NCBI RefSeq assembly: GCF_009914755.1
Contig: NC_060928.1
Length of the DNA: 64,000 bases
Strand: one strand, 5' to 3'
Source of the DNA: the human T2T-CHM13v2.0 reference genome, Homo sapiens
Part shown: in pieces, positions 12,213 to 27,246 of the stretch
How the letters are laid out: the number at the start of each line of letters is the position of its first letter
How positions within the stretch are numbered: position 1 is the stretch's first letter
Notes under the pieces: generated by a model
Seen by the model: only the letters and a program-made list of their open reading frames with translations
Database searches by the model: none
Told to the model about the DNA's origin: nothing
Position numbers and translations under genes: made by a program

Positions 12213-12698
12213 AGGGTGATAAAAGTAAACACACATTTTTCTCTTCTTTCTTAACATATCATTTTTATATAAATTTATATTGCATTATATCTCTGTAAAA
12301 TACTTATCATTAAATAGTTAATAATTATTGACTTGGTTATTTAAAATTTCAAGTGAATATCTTTGTTGCATTGTATCACTTAATAAAATTATTTTTTCCT
12401 AAAGTGAGCCTATCTAGGACTAGTAAAATAAATAGGAAGATATTTGTTAAAACTTGCACCATAAACAGAGTGCATTAAAGAAATGTTTTTAGGATAAATT
12501 ATATGATGCTGGTGTTTATTTATTTTTTAAATCACTGCAGTTATATTCTCCAGTACATATAAATGCATTTAAATAGAATCAAGTAAAAATGCATGAGAAA
12601 TTCCCAAGTGTGAATTCATTTATATAACTCCAAATGCAGTTTTTCATTGAGCCTTTTTCTTTCACAGAAACCTCATTAATTATAGTCACCAATAGTAG

Positions 12699-13009
12699 TT
12701 TTTTATTTTTTTTTATTTTTATTTTTATTTGAGATGGAGTGTAGCTCTGTCACTGGGCTGGAGTACAAAGGGCACGATCTCAACTCACTGCAACCTCCGC
12801 CTCCTGGGTTCAAGTGATTCTCCTGCCTCAGCCTCCCGAGTAGCTGGGATTACAAGTGCACAGCACCACGCCCAGCTAATTTTTGTATTTTTAGTAGAGA
12901 TGGGGTTTCACCATGTTGGCCTGGATGGTCTCGATCTCCTGACCTCGTGATCTGCCCACCTCGGCCTCCCCAAGTGCTAGGATTACAGGCGTGAGCCATC
13001 TCGCCTGGC
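12699..13009 (-). mobile_element. Alu (AluS, Sc-like)
   Basis: Antisense dimer with T-rich tail; GGATGGTCTCGATCTCCTGACCTCGTGATC. Confidence 0.95.
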
Positions 13010-15064
13010 AGTATTTAAAAAAAAAAAAAGAATTTAAAAGTATTTATACACATTTATTAAATCTTCACATTTTTAGCAAAATTATTTTGGCTAAAACTTT
13101 TAATAATCCCTGGGAAAGTGAATTTGACTCCAATCTAAGAGCACTAAATATGGAAGACAATGCTGCCCTTACAGTCACAATGGCTGTACAGAAAAGATAT
13201 GCTTATCAATGCTTGACTGATTTTGACTTGACATTTTGACAGCCACAGTGGCTCCGTAGCTGATTGTCATATGAATAAAATGGCCTTAAGATAATCACAT
13301 AATTTTAAAATGTAGAGATGTATTTAAGACATTTTGGAATAAGCATCTTTTTGCTTCTTTTTTTTTTAAATTAGCACACACATAAAGAGCTGGAGGCGAA
13401 TTATGAAATTCCAGAATTTTAGCAATTTTAAACGGCATGTGATTTTATCAGTTTCCCTGCTTATAAAATAGAGATAGAAATGGAAATGCACTTCAGAGCC
13501 TCTTAGGAGTCTCAAAGAGGATTGTAAGCAGGAACAAGCCTAGCCCCACACCTAACCCAATCATGCATCTGTTCATAAAGCACACATGATAGTGTCGGGA
13601 ATACACCAATGAAGAAACCTGAACCCATTTTCAAGGAGCATGAAATATTGTTATGTATCTCTTCTCCTGAGCTATTCTTCCTTACCTCCCCTAGAATCAT
13701 ATGTCACATATCACTTAAGTGCTAATGATTCCCAAATTTGTGCTCTATTCTAGACACTGCTTTGGGCTCCAAAATCAATCATTCATCTTTTTGCTGCCCA
13801 CACCTCCACCTTATTCTGCAAACATCTCCCATCTATGGGCACCAAGCATTACTTGTTTGCAAACCATTAAATAAATTCTTTCCTATCTGTCTTCTCTCTC
13901 TGTAACACCAAAGGAATGACATGGTCACATATGAATGCTTACACCAATAACCATTCCGTTTGCAAAGAAGACATTTCAGTTATTCTGAACACCTGCAAGT
14001 TCTTTAATGTTAATAAACTCAACACAAATACCCTCCAAAATGCCTCAAATGTGTCCCTTTGCTATTATTATTTTTAGTTCCATTGTTATAGTCATCTCAT
14101 TTCTTCACAGGATTATTGACATAATCAGTTAATTTACATTCCCAGGTGTTCTCACTACAATCTATTAGATGGGCCTCAAATATACTTAAGGGGAAAAGGA
14201 ATTTACCCATTCATTTAACTGTAAAAGTGTCCCAGGAATAGCTAGATCCTCAATGATCTAATAGGGCCCAGTGTATGCAAACTCCTTTCAGACAGACAAT
14301 TCGGGATCCAACCCCTGGCAGTTCCAGCTTCCTATAGTCCTACCTTTGCAGCTGTTGCGAAGAGAGCTTTGTTCTGTTGGTAGCTATAAGATATACAAGA
14401 AATAGATACTAATTGTCTCTTATTTGATCACTGGGCCCAGTGGGTTAGTGCATTATAGATATTTCAACCTGAATCAGTTATGTATCACTCAGAATAAGGT
14501 GAGGAAATATAAGGTGATCAATAGTTCCAGCATAACCAGGTAAGAATGGAGTATGACTTCCCTGAAATTAAGGATGCTGAAACAATAAAAATAACTTACC
14601 TATTCTAGGAGACAACACTATCTTTCTCACTGGTAGCTCTAACATGGTACTATGGTTTATATGCCTTCTGTTTTCCTATTGTGCCTACAGATTAAAGGGC
14701 AAACTTATTTGCATGGCAGAAATTCTACAACCTGATCTCACTGTTCTTTCAAGTTTTTTTTTTTCTACAGCCACTGCTTTTCTGCTACTATACTTTTAAA
14801 ATCTCAGATGATGAGTTCTTCCCCAGAAAAGAAAAAACCAATCTCACACACACACACACACAAACACACAACCATTTTACAACGCGTTTCTCTCCATGGA
14901 GGTTTTGCTTATTATATCTGCTCATTTATCTGTTTGGAATGCTCGCCACGTCTTCCTGATATTTCTGTCACCGTGGAGAACTATTTGTCAGGGTTCAAGG
15001 AAAATCTTACTCTTTTTGTATTAGTTTAGGAAAATTAATGAATTCCCTTATTAGCATTGCATTC

Positions 15065-15609
15065 TGTATTAGTCAGGGTTCTCTAGAGGTACACAACTAA
15101 TAGGATATATGTATATATGAAGGGGAGTTTATTAAGGAGAATTGACACATAATCACAAGGTGATGTCTCACAATAGGCCATACCCAAGCTGAGGAGCAAG
15201 GAAGCCAGTGTGAGTCCCAAACTCTCAAAAGTAGGGAAGCCAATAGTGTAGCATTGAGTCTGTGGCTGAATGCCTGAGATCCCCTGGCAAACGACTGGTG
15301 TGTAAGTCCAAGAGTCCAAAAGCTGAAGAACTTGGAGTGTGATGTTCAAGGGCCAGAGGCACCCAGCACAGGAGAGACAGGAAGGCTGGAAAACTCAGCA
15401 AGTCAGCTCCTCCCACCTTCTTCTGCCTCCTTTATTCTAGCCCCACTGGCAGTTGATTAGATGGTGCCCACCTTGAGGGTGGGTCTGCCTCTCTCAGTCC
15501 ACTGATTCAAATGTTAATCTCCTTTAGCAACACCTTCACAGACACACCCAGGAACAATACTTTGCATTCTTCAATCCAGTCAAGTTGACACTTAATACTA
15601 ACCAACACA
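15065..15609 (-). mobile_element. MLT2A2-type HERV-L solo LTR
   Basis: TGTATTAGTCAGGGTTCTCTAGAG...CTCAAAAGTAGGGAAGCC block...CAAGTTGACACTTAATACTAACCAACACA, ~545 bp. Confidence 0.9.
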
Positions 15610-15689
15610 CATATGCTGTATATACACCTTGATTAGAGAATGATTACTAGTACTGCTTGTATAGTTAATAAGAAGGTCCATAAATAAAA

Positions 15690-17310
15690 GTATAGTCTAA
15701 AACCCATCAATATCGATGGGAATTATATCTCTACTATCTGTGACACTGGGCAAGTTATTCACCACTTGGAACCTTTCTTTACTTATTTATTAAATTTTAG
15801 TGTTAATAATAATACCTACATATCTACCTGTCAAGGTGACTCAATACAAATGGCATATACTCTTTTTTTGGTTTCTGATCTCTCTGCTTCCTTGGAATTC
15901 CTCTGACTTCAGTATCCATTTTTTTCTCTAGTTTCCTTTGCTGTTTTCCCACTCTTTGATTCAACCTCAAGGTGCTTTAAAGCCCCCAAAGTGTGGCCCT
16001 AAATATTCTTTCTCCTATCTACATTTGCTCACTATAAGATTTAACTTGATCTCATGTTTTTAAAGACCACTATATAATGATGACACACAATTATTTTACC
16101 ACCAACCCTTCACTTTTCACTGAGCTCCAGATTTGTGTATATAAGATTTTAGATATGCATGCCAAATTCATAAATTCCAAAACAAAACCCCCTTCCTCTT
16201 CATAACCAACTCATCAGTAAGTTCTATAGTCTAAACATTCTAATGGATTCTACATCAACAAATTTTCACTATCTCCAACACTACCAATTTGTCCAAGCCA
16301 TCATCATTTTCCATTAGGGACTCCCAGAAATAAAATCTTAATTGCTTTTCCTAGTTCCTCACTATCTCTTTCAGAATCCTTCCCCCTACATAATAGTCAG
16401 ATTGAATTTATAAAGCATAATGACATTTTCCTCACTCTCTTGCTTAAAACCTTCTAATAACCTCCCATTATACTTTGAATAGCACCCAACTGCTTGCCAT
16501 GCATGATCGGCAGCTGTCTAGTTTTCTATCTCCCTGTGCAGCAAAACACTCAAGCTGAATTTCTTATCATGTTTAAAGAAACAGCAGAAAATGACAGTGT
16601 TTAAAAAACAATCTGCTCAGTTTTGAATCCCAGCTCTGCCACATACTAATGTTGGCAATTTACTTGATACTTCTCTGCCTCAGTTTCCTTACATATGAAA
16701 TGAGAATGAAAGTAATGTTACCTACTCCATAGGTTTATCATGATGATTAAATTAGTTAGTGTACATAGATGTCAATACCAATTCCTGGCACATGGTAAAT
16801 GGCATAAAAAATTACTATTATTATTTGTCAGTTTGCTAGCTCATTGTCTTTTGCACTAGAATGTAAACTCTCCCAAATAGCGAATTTTTTTGTCTGGTGC
16901 TATTTTCCCAATATCTAGATATGGATCTATCCCATAGAAAAAGTTCAAGACACGTTTGTGGATATATTAGCAGAAGAATAATACATGCAACTTGCATGAA
17001 ATATATGCAGCACATATTCAGTACATTAACTGTTTTCTCTTTTAACTTCAGTTTTTTCACCAGTGTGAATTTATTAGTCCAGGAGAGAAGAAAGCTACCT
17101 TAAAAGGCACATATATTATGATCTAGAATCTGCGCTAAGCACGTTATATAAATTATTCTGCTTATTTCTCCTAACAACGATTTGAGGTAAATGTATGCCC
17201 ATTGTTTATAGATGAGGAAACCAAAATTGGTTAAGATTACAGGACTCTTATTGGGTTGTAGGATTAGCAAGTGATACAAGCAAGTCTTTAGGGCTTCAAA
17301 GCTATTTTTC
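15690..17310. mobile_element. Cluster of degraded MIR and L2 fragments
   Basis: MIR cores (TTTGAATCCCAGCTCTGCCAC..CTCTGCCTCAGTTTCC at ~16620; ATAGATGAGGAAAC at ~17208) and L2 motifs (CTGAGCTCCAGA, TGCTTAAAACCTTCT, CTAGAATGTAAACTC). Confidence 0.7.
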
Positions 17311-20300
17311 TCTTTTCTCATCATGCTAAAATTTCAGTTTATTCATCCTTATATATTTATTCTGAAGCACAATGAATATCATAAAGTAGACTCATAATGA
17401 ATGTTGGTGGAATTAAATGCACATAGTAAGCCCTGAACAGATAGATGTTGCTGAAAGAAACATTCTAGAATTAAAGTTGCAGAGGTAGTTTTGTATATGA
17501 AATAATCATTTCATGAGTTTGATTATTATTCTTATCTATGCAAGTGATGAAATTTCTTTTAGGCATTCTGAGATAAATATCAAATATATTTTTGCACCAT
17601 GGAGATATCACAAGTTCATGTCAAAGTTATTCTAATACCGTGCTGCCCTGCTTTTATCTTCATGGTGCAATTATTGAAATTATTATTACAAATTTAAGAC
17701 AATTCCATTTTAACTGATCTGTGAGTTTGTGGGTCTATTTTTTGTTGTTGTTGTTGTTATATCTAAATGCCTAAATCTTAGTCACTGGAATTCATTTTCT
17801 CTGGTCACATGCATTCAATTGCCCAACGTGATTAAAGCATTGTCAAAGGTACTTCAATTCTGATATACTTTTCTTTTGATTATACTTATCTTTGCCGATC
17901 TTCTCTTATAAAGCTTTAAGTAGCAAAGATTTCTTTTTACTTACTATAAGATTTTGCGAAAAGAATAATGAGGCTTCATGAATCCCACAAAATAGATCTT
18001 TATTTACAAATAATTTGACAATCTTAAAATACATCCTCTGTAATTTTTTTGAATTTCAAAAATCAAAATGCATACATTTAATAGGAAATGTGACAAAAAA
18101 TGGGATAACTAATACTTAAATGGAAAAATATCTTAATTGCCTTTTTGCCAGAAATTTCAGACAATGTGATGACTATTTTAATGCATGTGTGATAATTGCT
18201 GCTATATATGGCATAATTGCACTATCATAAGAATTGTTAATATTTCTGTTGGTGGGAATTTTCATGCATAGTTGAAACAAGACAATTCATATCTGACACC
18301 TCAAAATGAAAAGCAAATTTTATTTAAATGTCAAAATTGAGCAATGAGGAGGCAGAGGGGCATGAGTTTGGAAACCATTGCATTTTTAAATTTAGGGGTA
18401 AAAGGGACAGCTTCTCTCTAAGCTTTCTTCAGAACATCTTTCAACTTATGGAGTCTCAGAATATCTCTGTTTCTCAGCTTCCACAAGTGAAAACAATTCC
18501 TAATACATTATGGTGTTCATGAGGACTTAATGAGGAGCCTTCTCCATCTTAACGGTATTCCATATTTCTTTCATGTTTTTAAAATTGTGGTAAAACACAT
18601 ACAATTTTCCATTTTATACATTTTAAGCGTATAATCGTTGTCACTGTGATGTTGTGCAAACATCTCCACTATCATTTTCCAAAACTTCTTAAAAATATAA
18701 ATCAGGACATTTCACACTCTGCTTGATAGTCTACAATATATTCCTAATGCATCTAAAATACAATAGAATCTCTTTAACTTGGCCTGTGATGGCCTTCTAA
18801 TAGACTCCTACCTGCCTCCTGGAATGATTTCTTTTTTATTACTCCACCCTTCTTCCCCATACTCATGGGCTCCAGCCACGACAGCTCTGCTGTCTTTACA
18901 TTCTCCAGTATTGGAACTTGAAATATGTTTCACCCACTCTACCTATGCCCACTTTTCCTCTGCCTTCAACTCTCAACTCTCATTCTCCAAAGAGCTCACT
19001 AAAAGCTTTACCTGTCCCAGGTTTTAGATAAGGAAACTAAGGCTTAAACTGGCAGAATAATTTCCCCAAGTCATCCCTACTTTCAGCACAGCAACTTTCA
19101 ATGAAAGAAAGCATACATATAATGTTCAAAAAATCTACATCTTCATCATTCTTGACTAATTATTTGTGGTCTCAACAAATGATGCACACCCTTTCCTATG
19201 TAAACGAATCACTGCCTCCACCTGTGCTCTGCTTTCTCTATTCTACTGCCTCCTAGAAGAGGCTTCAATATCAATGAGCTCTACTTTAAAATTTATTTTA
19301 ATTTTTCTCCTTGACTTTGGTTCTTTCAATTCTATCCCTCTGAAAATTTCTCCTCTCTCATGATATTTTCTCCAGCATACCTACATCTATGCATGTTTAA
19401 CTTCCTTCTGGCATTGATCACATTGAACCATTTTTATTGGTTTATGAACCAAGACACCTCAAACACCTACCCTACCTCAGCCCAGCGCACCAATACATGA
19501 ATGTCCTACAGCAAGCAAAGGTTGATAAACGGCTGACCTGCCTCTTGAATCTGTTCTCCCATTAGTGAGAACAATATTTCATGTGTATTGTTATTTAATC
19601 TATGCTGTTATCATTACCATTAGTGTTTTGTATTTTTAAATGAAATCGAAATGCTTTCTGGAAGCTTTGCCCTCTGAGGTTACCTCTGGTCACACCACTC
19701 CCTGCTATTTTTAAGTCAAATTTTTAAACTTGTATGTTATCAGCTTGTTGTCTGAAGCCCTTAGAGAAAGCTTCTTGGGAACAGTGATTATGTCATCTCA
19801 TTCAGTGTTGTCTGAGAAGCTCCTCAGGTTTGCTTAGTTAGATTTAGGGCTTATATTCAGCTGCTAACTGACCGTAAAGATTGCCAAGACAATAGAATAC
19901 TTTCAGACAAAATGCTGAATAGGCACAACTCTGACCCTTATTCTCTCAGTGCCCCAACTCCAAGATTACCCAACCTTGCCCTGAAAATCACTAGACTGTC
20001 TGGCAAACAAGCAATCAAAGATATAATGCCTGGCATGGCAGTGGCCTCTAGGGCCTAGTTCCATCCTACAATGTGAGTACACTCTGATGGGTTGATTCTC
20101 CCTACTGGCTTATGGACTATCAAACATAAAATTTTACTCTAATTAGTATATGTCTAAGATTTTATATCTGTAACTGAAGGTATGGATATATCACAAGCAC
20201 AGAACATGCACACACGCACAATTAGTATCAAAATGTTGCCTCAACTTTAGTACTAATTTAAACTGTTTCTACTTTAATATTTTCCTTGTACTCTTGCCTA

Positions 20301-21013
20301 CCTTCATTTCACCTTTTCTCATCCATGTAAATCTCTCTCACAAGCACACTTTCCTGTGATTTAAAGAGGCTCTCACATGCTGTTGAAGTTACAAACAATA
20401 TGCAGAGCATGTGTATGTAAAATTGCAGTGTAAAATATCCAGTCCTTAGACCCCCAGATAAATACTATCCCATGAAGAGTATGTGGCAGGCATTGCGCTA
20501 GACTTTTTGCATAGCTTATTTTAAAATCTTGCAACAGTGCTGCAAGATAAGAAATGTAAAGTCATGTTGAACTTAAGAAAGTTAAGTGCTGGAGAAGAAT
20601 TCAAATCTGGCTCTTTATGATTTCAAAAGCATGTACTTTAATCACTCTGCTGACTAGTTCTCAAGGCAGAAAATTTGTAAGCAAGAAATATAGAATCATC
20701 CATCATCATTGTCATCATTATCATCATCATCCCATCTATAGTGTCCTTAGCCCAAGGGCATGAATGTCATTATCATTTTAAGTATGCCCTGGCCAAAACA
20801 TGTAATTTTTACACATATTTATTATATATACTTATTATTCACATCTTAATAGGCTATAGGAACTATGCCTCTGCCTTTCTCTTATATTTCCTACTGACCT
20901 TAAGTGACTCAAATAGTTCTCACTTCGATAGGTCCAGGTGTTTGAATCAGAGAAGCTGATAATTCCCTAGTCCTGGCAGCCATTAGTAAACACTCAGAGT
21001 GTTTGTTTTCCAC

Positions 21014-21428
21014 TGTATTCATCCATTTTCATCACTATAAAGAATGTCTGAGACTGGGTAATTTATAAAAAATGAGATTTACTTTGGCTCATGGTTCTGC
21101 AGGCTGTACAGGTAGCATGACACAAGCATCTGCTCCTGGTTGGTCTCCGGAAGCTTCAGTCACATCATAAGGTGAAGGGGACCAAACCTGGTCACATGGC
21201 AAGAGACAGAGCAAGAGAGAGTAAGGTAGGAGGTGCCAGGATCTTTAAACTATCAGATTTCCCAAGAACTCAGAGGGAGAGTTTGCTCATTATCATGGGA
21301 AAGGCACCAAGCATTCATGAGGAACCCACCCCCATAAAAAAAAACATCTCCCACCAGGCCCCATCTCTAACACTGGGCATCACATTTCAGCATGAGATTT
21401 GGAAAGGACAAATATGCAAACCGTACCA
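21014..21428 (-). mobile_element. MSTB-type MaLR solo LTR
   Basis: TGTATT..CTGAGACTGGGTAATTTATA..GGCTCATGGTTCTGCAGGCTGTACAGG..CATTCATGAGG..CATGAGATTTGGAAAGGACAAATATGCAAACCGTACCA. Confidence 0.88.
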
Positions 21429-22380
21429 CCCATTGAATTTAAATGTATTTTAGATGTATTATCCAGGTAGCTGTATCAAAATCTCTAGGCTGGAAGATTA
21501 GAGGAACTCCTTTTCCCATACACGCAATGAGATTTCCATTGATTTGTAAGACTATGACCCTTACTGCAACTTTTTGTCACTGGCAATTAGATAACTTCTC
21601 CTTTGCAAGTGGTTCTATAGTGGTATAAGGCAGCAAGCAGGTCATTTAGTTTGAAATTCTGAAGTATAGGAAGCTCAAAATTGAGTTGAAATCAAAATTG
21701 GATGAGATTTGAAAGTTATCCTAAAGAGTACGGTTTTAATCTCTGTCATGAGGACTTTAATTCCATGTAAATAATAGAAAACCACCAGAGGGTGGCATTT
21801 CCAGAATAATGAGGCAATGAGCTTTGAAATTCATTTTTTCATAAAATATAACACTGGCAAGAACTCACGAAAATGAACTTCTTCTCTAAAACTATTAATA
21901 TTAATAAAAGCTTTAAACAAGCTAGAAGTATTTATGAAGACAAACAGTTTATTCTGGGCAAGAATAGTAAGTTTTACTGTGTTGAAACTTATCCTATTCC
22001 CATCTTTTTCCCCTTATTGCTGAAGTAACCTTGAAAACCAGGACTCTCACAGTCATGTTGCCTATGAAATCAGCAGACTAGCAACTACTGGAGGGGATAA
22101 CAAATTTCTAATTTCCAAAAGATCTCCATCACCAGATAATTATTACTACTTAACTTGTCTCACAGCTTAATGAAAAAAAAAAAACACAAACAAACACAAA
22201 AACAAAACAAACAAACAAAAATTTGCAGGACTTGCCATTATTTGACCTGATAAAGAGCTTACTCAGTGGGAAATGTCCTATACCCAGGATGTCTTTTAAA
22301 ATCAATCAGTGACAATTGTTTAATTTTGTAGCTACCTGAAGTGGCAATGTCAGCTGTGAAAATAAGGGGCTGTACAAAAA

Positions 22381-22382
<2 letters not shown>

Positions 22383-22430
<48 letters not shown>
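22383..22430. repeat. (TATC)12 tetranucleotide STR
   Basis: 12 perfect TATC units. Confidence 0.97.
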
Positions 22431-22433
<3 letters not shown>

Positions 22434-25400
22434 ATCAGGAGGCTTTGAATGGCTCTGTTATATTTCTGAAGATCCAGAAGACCATACACATGAAAAAAAA
22501 AAAACTAATTTATGAGATTTTCTGAACTTGAAGTCCTATGGAAACCAAATAAAGGCTCAGGAAAAGTTGTAAACTTCTAGAATGTTAATAGCATGCCACA
22601 ACACACAGGAAATCACTGCAAAAGAATAGAAGATTTATTTGTTCAAAGCATTTAAGGAAATATATGCATAATTATCAACAGATGAGTAAGGCAATAAAAC
22701 AGAGATTACTATGGCTGCACATAAAAAGGAATTCAAACTTTACAGAAATAGTTTAGAAAAGACACTAAAGGAATAAACAACTTCAACAACAACAAAACAG
22801 TAACAACAACAAAAGATCTGAGTATGTTTGTCAGATTGCCATATTTGTCACGTTTATTATTTTAAATGTACAGTTTACAACAAAAAAAGACACGTGAAAA
22901 ATGTTATTAATATTATTCAGTTTGACATTATCTGACATTATCCAGAAAGAAAAATGAATGGAGACAAATGAACAAAGCCTCAAATACTTGTGAAACAACA
23001 TGAAACATATCACTATACAAATAAGTCCAAGATGTAATGGAGAAAGAGACAAGAGCAAAAATAATATTTGAAGAAGTAATGAGCAACAATTTTCCAATTT
23101 AATGACATGCGTAAATACTAACCTTCACATCCAAGAAGTTCCATGAATCAAAGCCAATGAATTCAAAGAGATCCACACTTAGACATGCCATACTCAAAAT
23201 GTTGAAACCCAAAAACTCAAAGAGAAACTTGAAGGCAGCAAGAGAAAAATGACATCACATGTAAGTATCTTTAAATAAAATTGACAACTGACTTCTCATC
23301 AGAACCCATGAAGGCCAGAAAACAGTGGGATTACATATTGAATATGCAGAACAAAAAAGAATGTCAACCTAGAATTCGCTACTCAGTAAAACAATTCTTC
23401 AAATACAGGGGTGAAATTAAGTTAGTATCTGAAAAAGAAAAGCTGAGTTTGTTGCTAAGAGACTTGACTTGTAAGAAATAGTAAAAGTCTTTCATGCCAA
23501 ATGAAAGAACACTAGACAGAAATTGAAATCCATACTGAGAAAATAAGACCATGGGTAATGTTAACTTTATGAAAAAATATAAAAGACAATCTAAATATAT
23601 ATTTGGTTGTACAGTTTTTTTCTGTTATAATTTAAGAGATAAACACATAAACTAATAATTAAAACAATTCTTAATAAAGTTACAATGTACAAATGTGTAA
23701 TTTCTGTGGCAATAAGAGCACAGGAAAGGAAAAGAAACTAAACTGGAACAAAGCTTTTTTTTGTATCCTACTGAAATTAAATTTATATTAATCCAAACTA
23801 GTTTGTCTCAGTCAAGATGTTGGTATAATTCCCAGGGCAACAATACTAGCACAATAACAAAAGAATAGAGTAAAAGAAACAAAAAAACAAGTACAGTGGT
23901 TTTGTTTTATTTAACAAAAAATATTACACCAATGAAAAATTAAAGGAACAGAAAATAAGACATGCAGAAAACAGAAAAAAGAACAGATATAATTCCTCCC
24001 TGGTGTTATTTTTAATTATCAATATTATATAAACATAAATAAACTAAACACTATAATCCAAAGGCAAAGATTGGCAGAATATTAAAGTAAAAATGATCCA
24101 ACTTTATATTTTTAACAAGAGTAACACTTCAAAGATAAAAATTGATTGAAGATAAAGAGATGAAAAATATTGACCATACTAAGAGTAACCAAAATAGAAT
24201 GAAGGTGACTGAACAAATATAAGACAAAATAAAATACATTTAAGATCAAATTATTATTACAGATTTAAAAAGGATATTTTATAATAGAAAGGTCAAACCA
24301 TCGTAAAAAAATTTACATACTCACCTAGCAACATAACTATAAAATGGAGAGCAATAATACTGAAAAAATTAAATGAAGAAACAATAATGCAATAATAACA
24401 TTTTTAAAATTCAATACTCAGTTTTTAATAATATACAGAATTGTACAGAAAATCAACAAAATAATAGAAAGCTGAGCAACATTATAAACTGCATAGATCT
24501 AACAGACATCTATAAACACTCCACTAAACAACAGCAGAGCCCACATTCTTCTAAAGCACACATAGTACACGTTCCAGGATACCCTACAGTTAAAGCCATA
24601 AAGTAAGCCTCAGTGCATTTATAAACAGATTGGAATTACACAAAGCATACTTTAGTATCATAACAGAATTAAATTAGAAAATATTAACCAAAGGAAATTT
24701 TGGAAATTCAAAAATATGTGAAAATGTAAAAACCTATTCAGAATTAACATCAGAAAAGAAAGTACAAAGGAAATAAAATAATTCATGAGATGAATAACAG
24801 CAAAGTACACCATACTGAATCTATAGGATGTAGCTAACGAAGAGTTTTAAAATAATTTCTTAGCCCTAAACACGTAAGTATAAAATAAGAAGAAAGATCA
24901 CAGGTAAATAACCTAACCTTTCACAACTGGAAACTAGAAATAGAAGAACAAACTCAACCTAAATCAAGGGGAAGGCAGAAAATTACAAATATTAGAACAA
25001 TAATAAGTTATGTAGAAAACAGAAAAATAATAGAAATAGCAAAACCAAAAGTTGACTCTATAAAAAGATTTCAAATATTAGTAAACATTTGTGTGGTACC
25101 AGAATAGAAATAGATACATATATTAATAAAACAGAATTGACATTCCAAAAATAAGCCTTTACATTTATGGTCAACTGACTTCAACTGTGGAGCCACAACT
25201 TTTCTATGAAAAAAATATTCTTTTCAATAAATGGTCTTGTCTATTAATTATCCACATGAAAAAGCATAAAGTTGGACCCCTATGTTATACCATATGTAAA
25301 AATTATAACAAAATGCATCATAGACCTACATGTAAGAGCAAAAACTATAAAAGTTTTAGAAGAAAACATATGTGTTACTTTGGTTGGACAACAGCTTTTG

Positions 25401-26509
25401 AGATAAAGCATCAAAAGGGCAAGTGACAAAATAAAACTTAAATAAATAGAGTTTCATCAAAATTAAGATAACACTCTTTGTACATCAAAGAACGTCATTA
25501 AAACCGGAAATGACAACTCATAGAATAAGGCAAAATATTTATAAGTCATACGTTGGATAAGAGACTTGTATCCAAAATAGCAGTTTTACAAAATATTTTA
25601 CAATCAGAATAAAAACAGAACTAATGCAATTTTAAAATGGGCAAATTTACAGGAAAAAAAAAACCAAAAGACCTCATTAAAAAGTTGGCAAAGGACATGA
25701 ACAGATACATCTCAAAAAAAAAAAAAAAAAAAAACACGTGGCCAACAAACATGAAAAAAAGCTCTACATCACTGATCATTAGAGAAATGCAAATCAAAAC
25801 CACAATCAGATACCATCTGACACTAGTCAGAATGGCAATTATTATAAAGTCAAGAAACAGCAGATGCTGGCAAAGTTGAGAATAAATAGGAATGCTTTTA
25901 CACTGTTGGTGCAAACATAAATTAGTTCAATCATTGTGGAAGACAATGTGGTGATTCCGTAAAGATTTAGAACCAGAAATACCATTTGACCCATCAATCC
26001 CATTGCTGGGTATATACCCACAAGAATATAAATCATCCTATTATAAAGATACATGCATGTGTATGTTCATTACAGCACTATTCACAATAGCAAAGACAGG
26101 AAATCAACCCAAATGGCCGTCAATGGTAGACTGGATAAAGAAAATGTGGTACATATACACCATGGAATACTATGCAACCATAAAAACGAATGAGATCATG
26201 TCCTTTGCAGGGACATAGATGAAGCAGGAAGCCATTAGCCTCAGCAAACAAACAGAAGAATGAAAACCAAACACTGAATGGTGTCACTTATAAGTGGGAG
26301 CTGAACAATGAGAACACATGGAGATGGTGGGTGGGGAACAACACACACTGGGGCTTGTCAGAGGATGGCAGTCAGGGGAGAGCATTAGCAAAAACAGCTG
26401 ATGCATACTGGGCTTAATACCTAGGTGATGGGTTGATAGGTGTGGCAAACCACCACGGCACATGTTTACTTATTGTATTAGTCAGGGTTCTCTAGAGGGA
26501 CAGAACTAA

Positions 26510-27246
26510 TAGGATATATATATATTCTATTATATATATATCCTATTTTACATATATATTAGTCAGGGTTCTCTAGAGGGACAGAATAGGATATATATAT
26601 ATTCTATATATATATATAGGAGAGAATATATATATCTTATTCTATATATATATCCTATTCTATATATATATATCCTAATATGATAGGATATATATATCCT
26701 AATATGATAGAATATATATATCCTATATATATAGAACATATATATATCCTATATATATAGAACATATATATATCCTATATATAGAACATATATATATCCT
26801 ATATATATAGAACATATATATATCCTATATATATAGAACATATATATATCCTATATATATAGAACATATATATATTCTATATATAGAACATATATATATC
26901 CTATATATAGAACATATATATATATTCTATATATATATAGAACATATATATATATATATATCCCAATAGGATACATATTCTATACATACATCCTAATAGG
27001 ATATATATATCCTAATGTATATAGGATAGACATATATATAATAGGATATATATATCTATCCTATATATACATCCTAATAGGATATAGGATATATATCTAT
27101 ATATAGAATATATATATCTATATATAGGATATATATATCTATATATAGAATATATATATTCTATATATGATATATGTATCTATATATGTATGTATATCAT
27201 ATATGTATATATCACATATATGATACATATATGATATATATATATA
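26510..27246. repeat. ~740 bp TA-rich complex microsatellite/minisatellite in the MLT2A1 LTR
   Basis: (TA)n runs with recurring TCC/GGA/GAAC spacers; ~24-28 bp unit TATATATATAGAACATATATATATCC repeated in 26720-26960. Confidence 0.95.
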
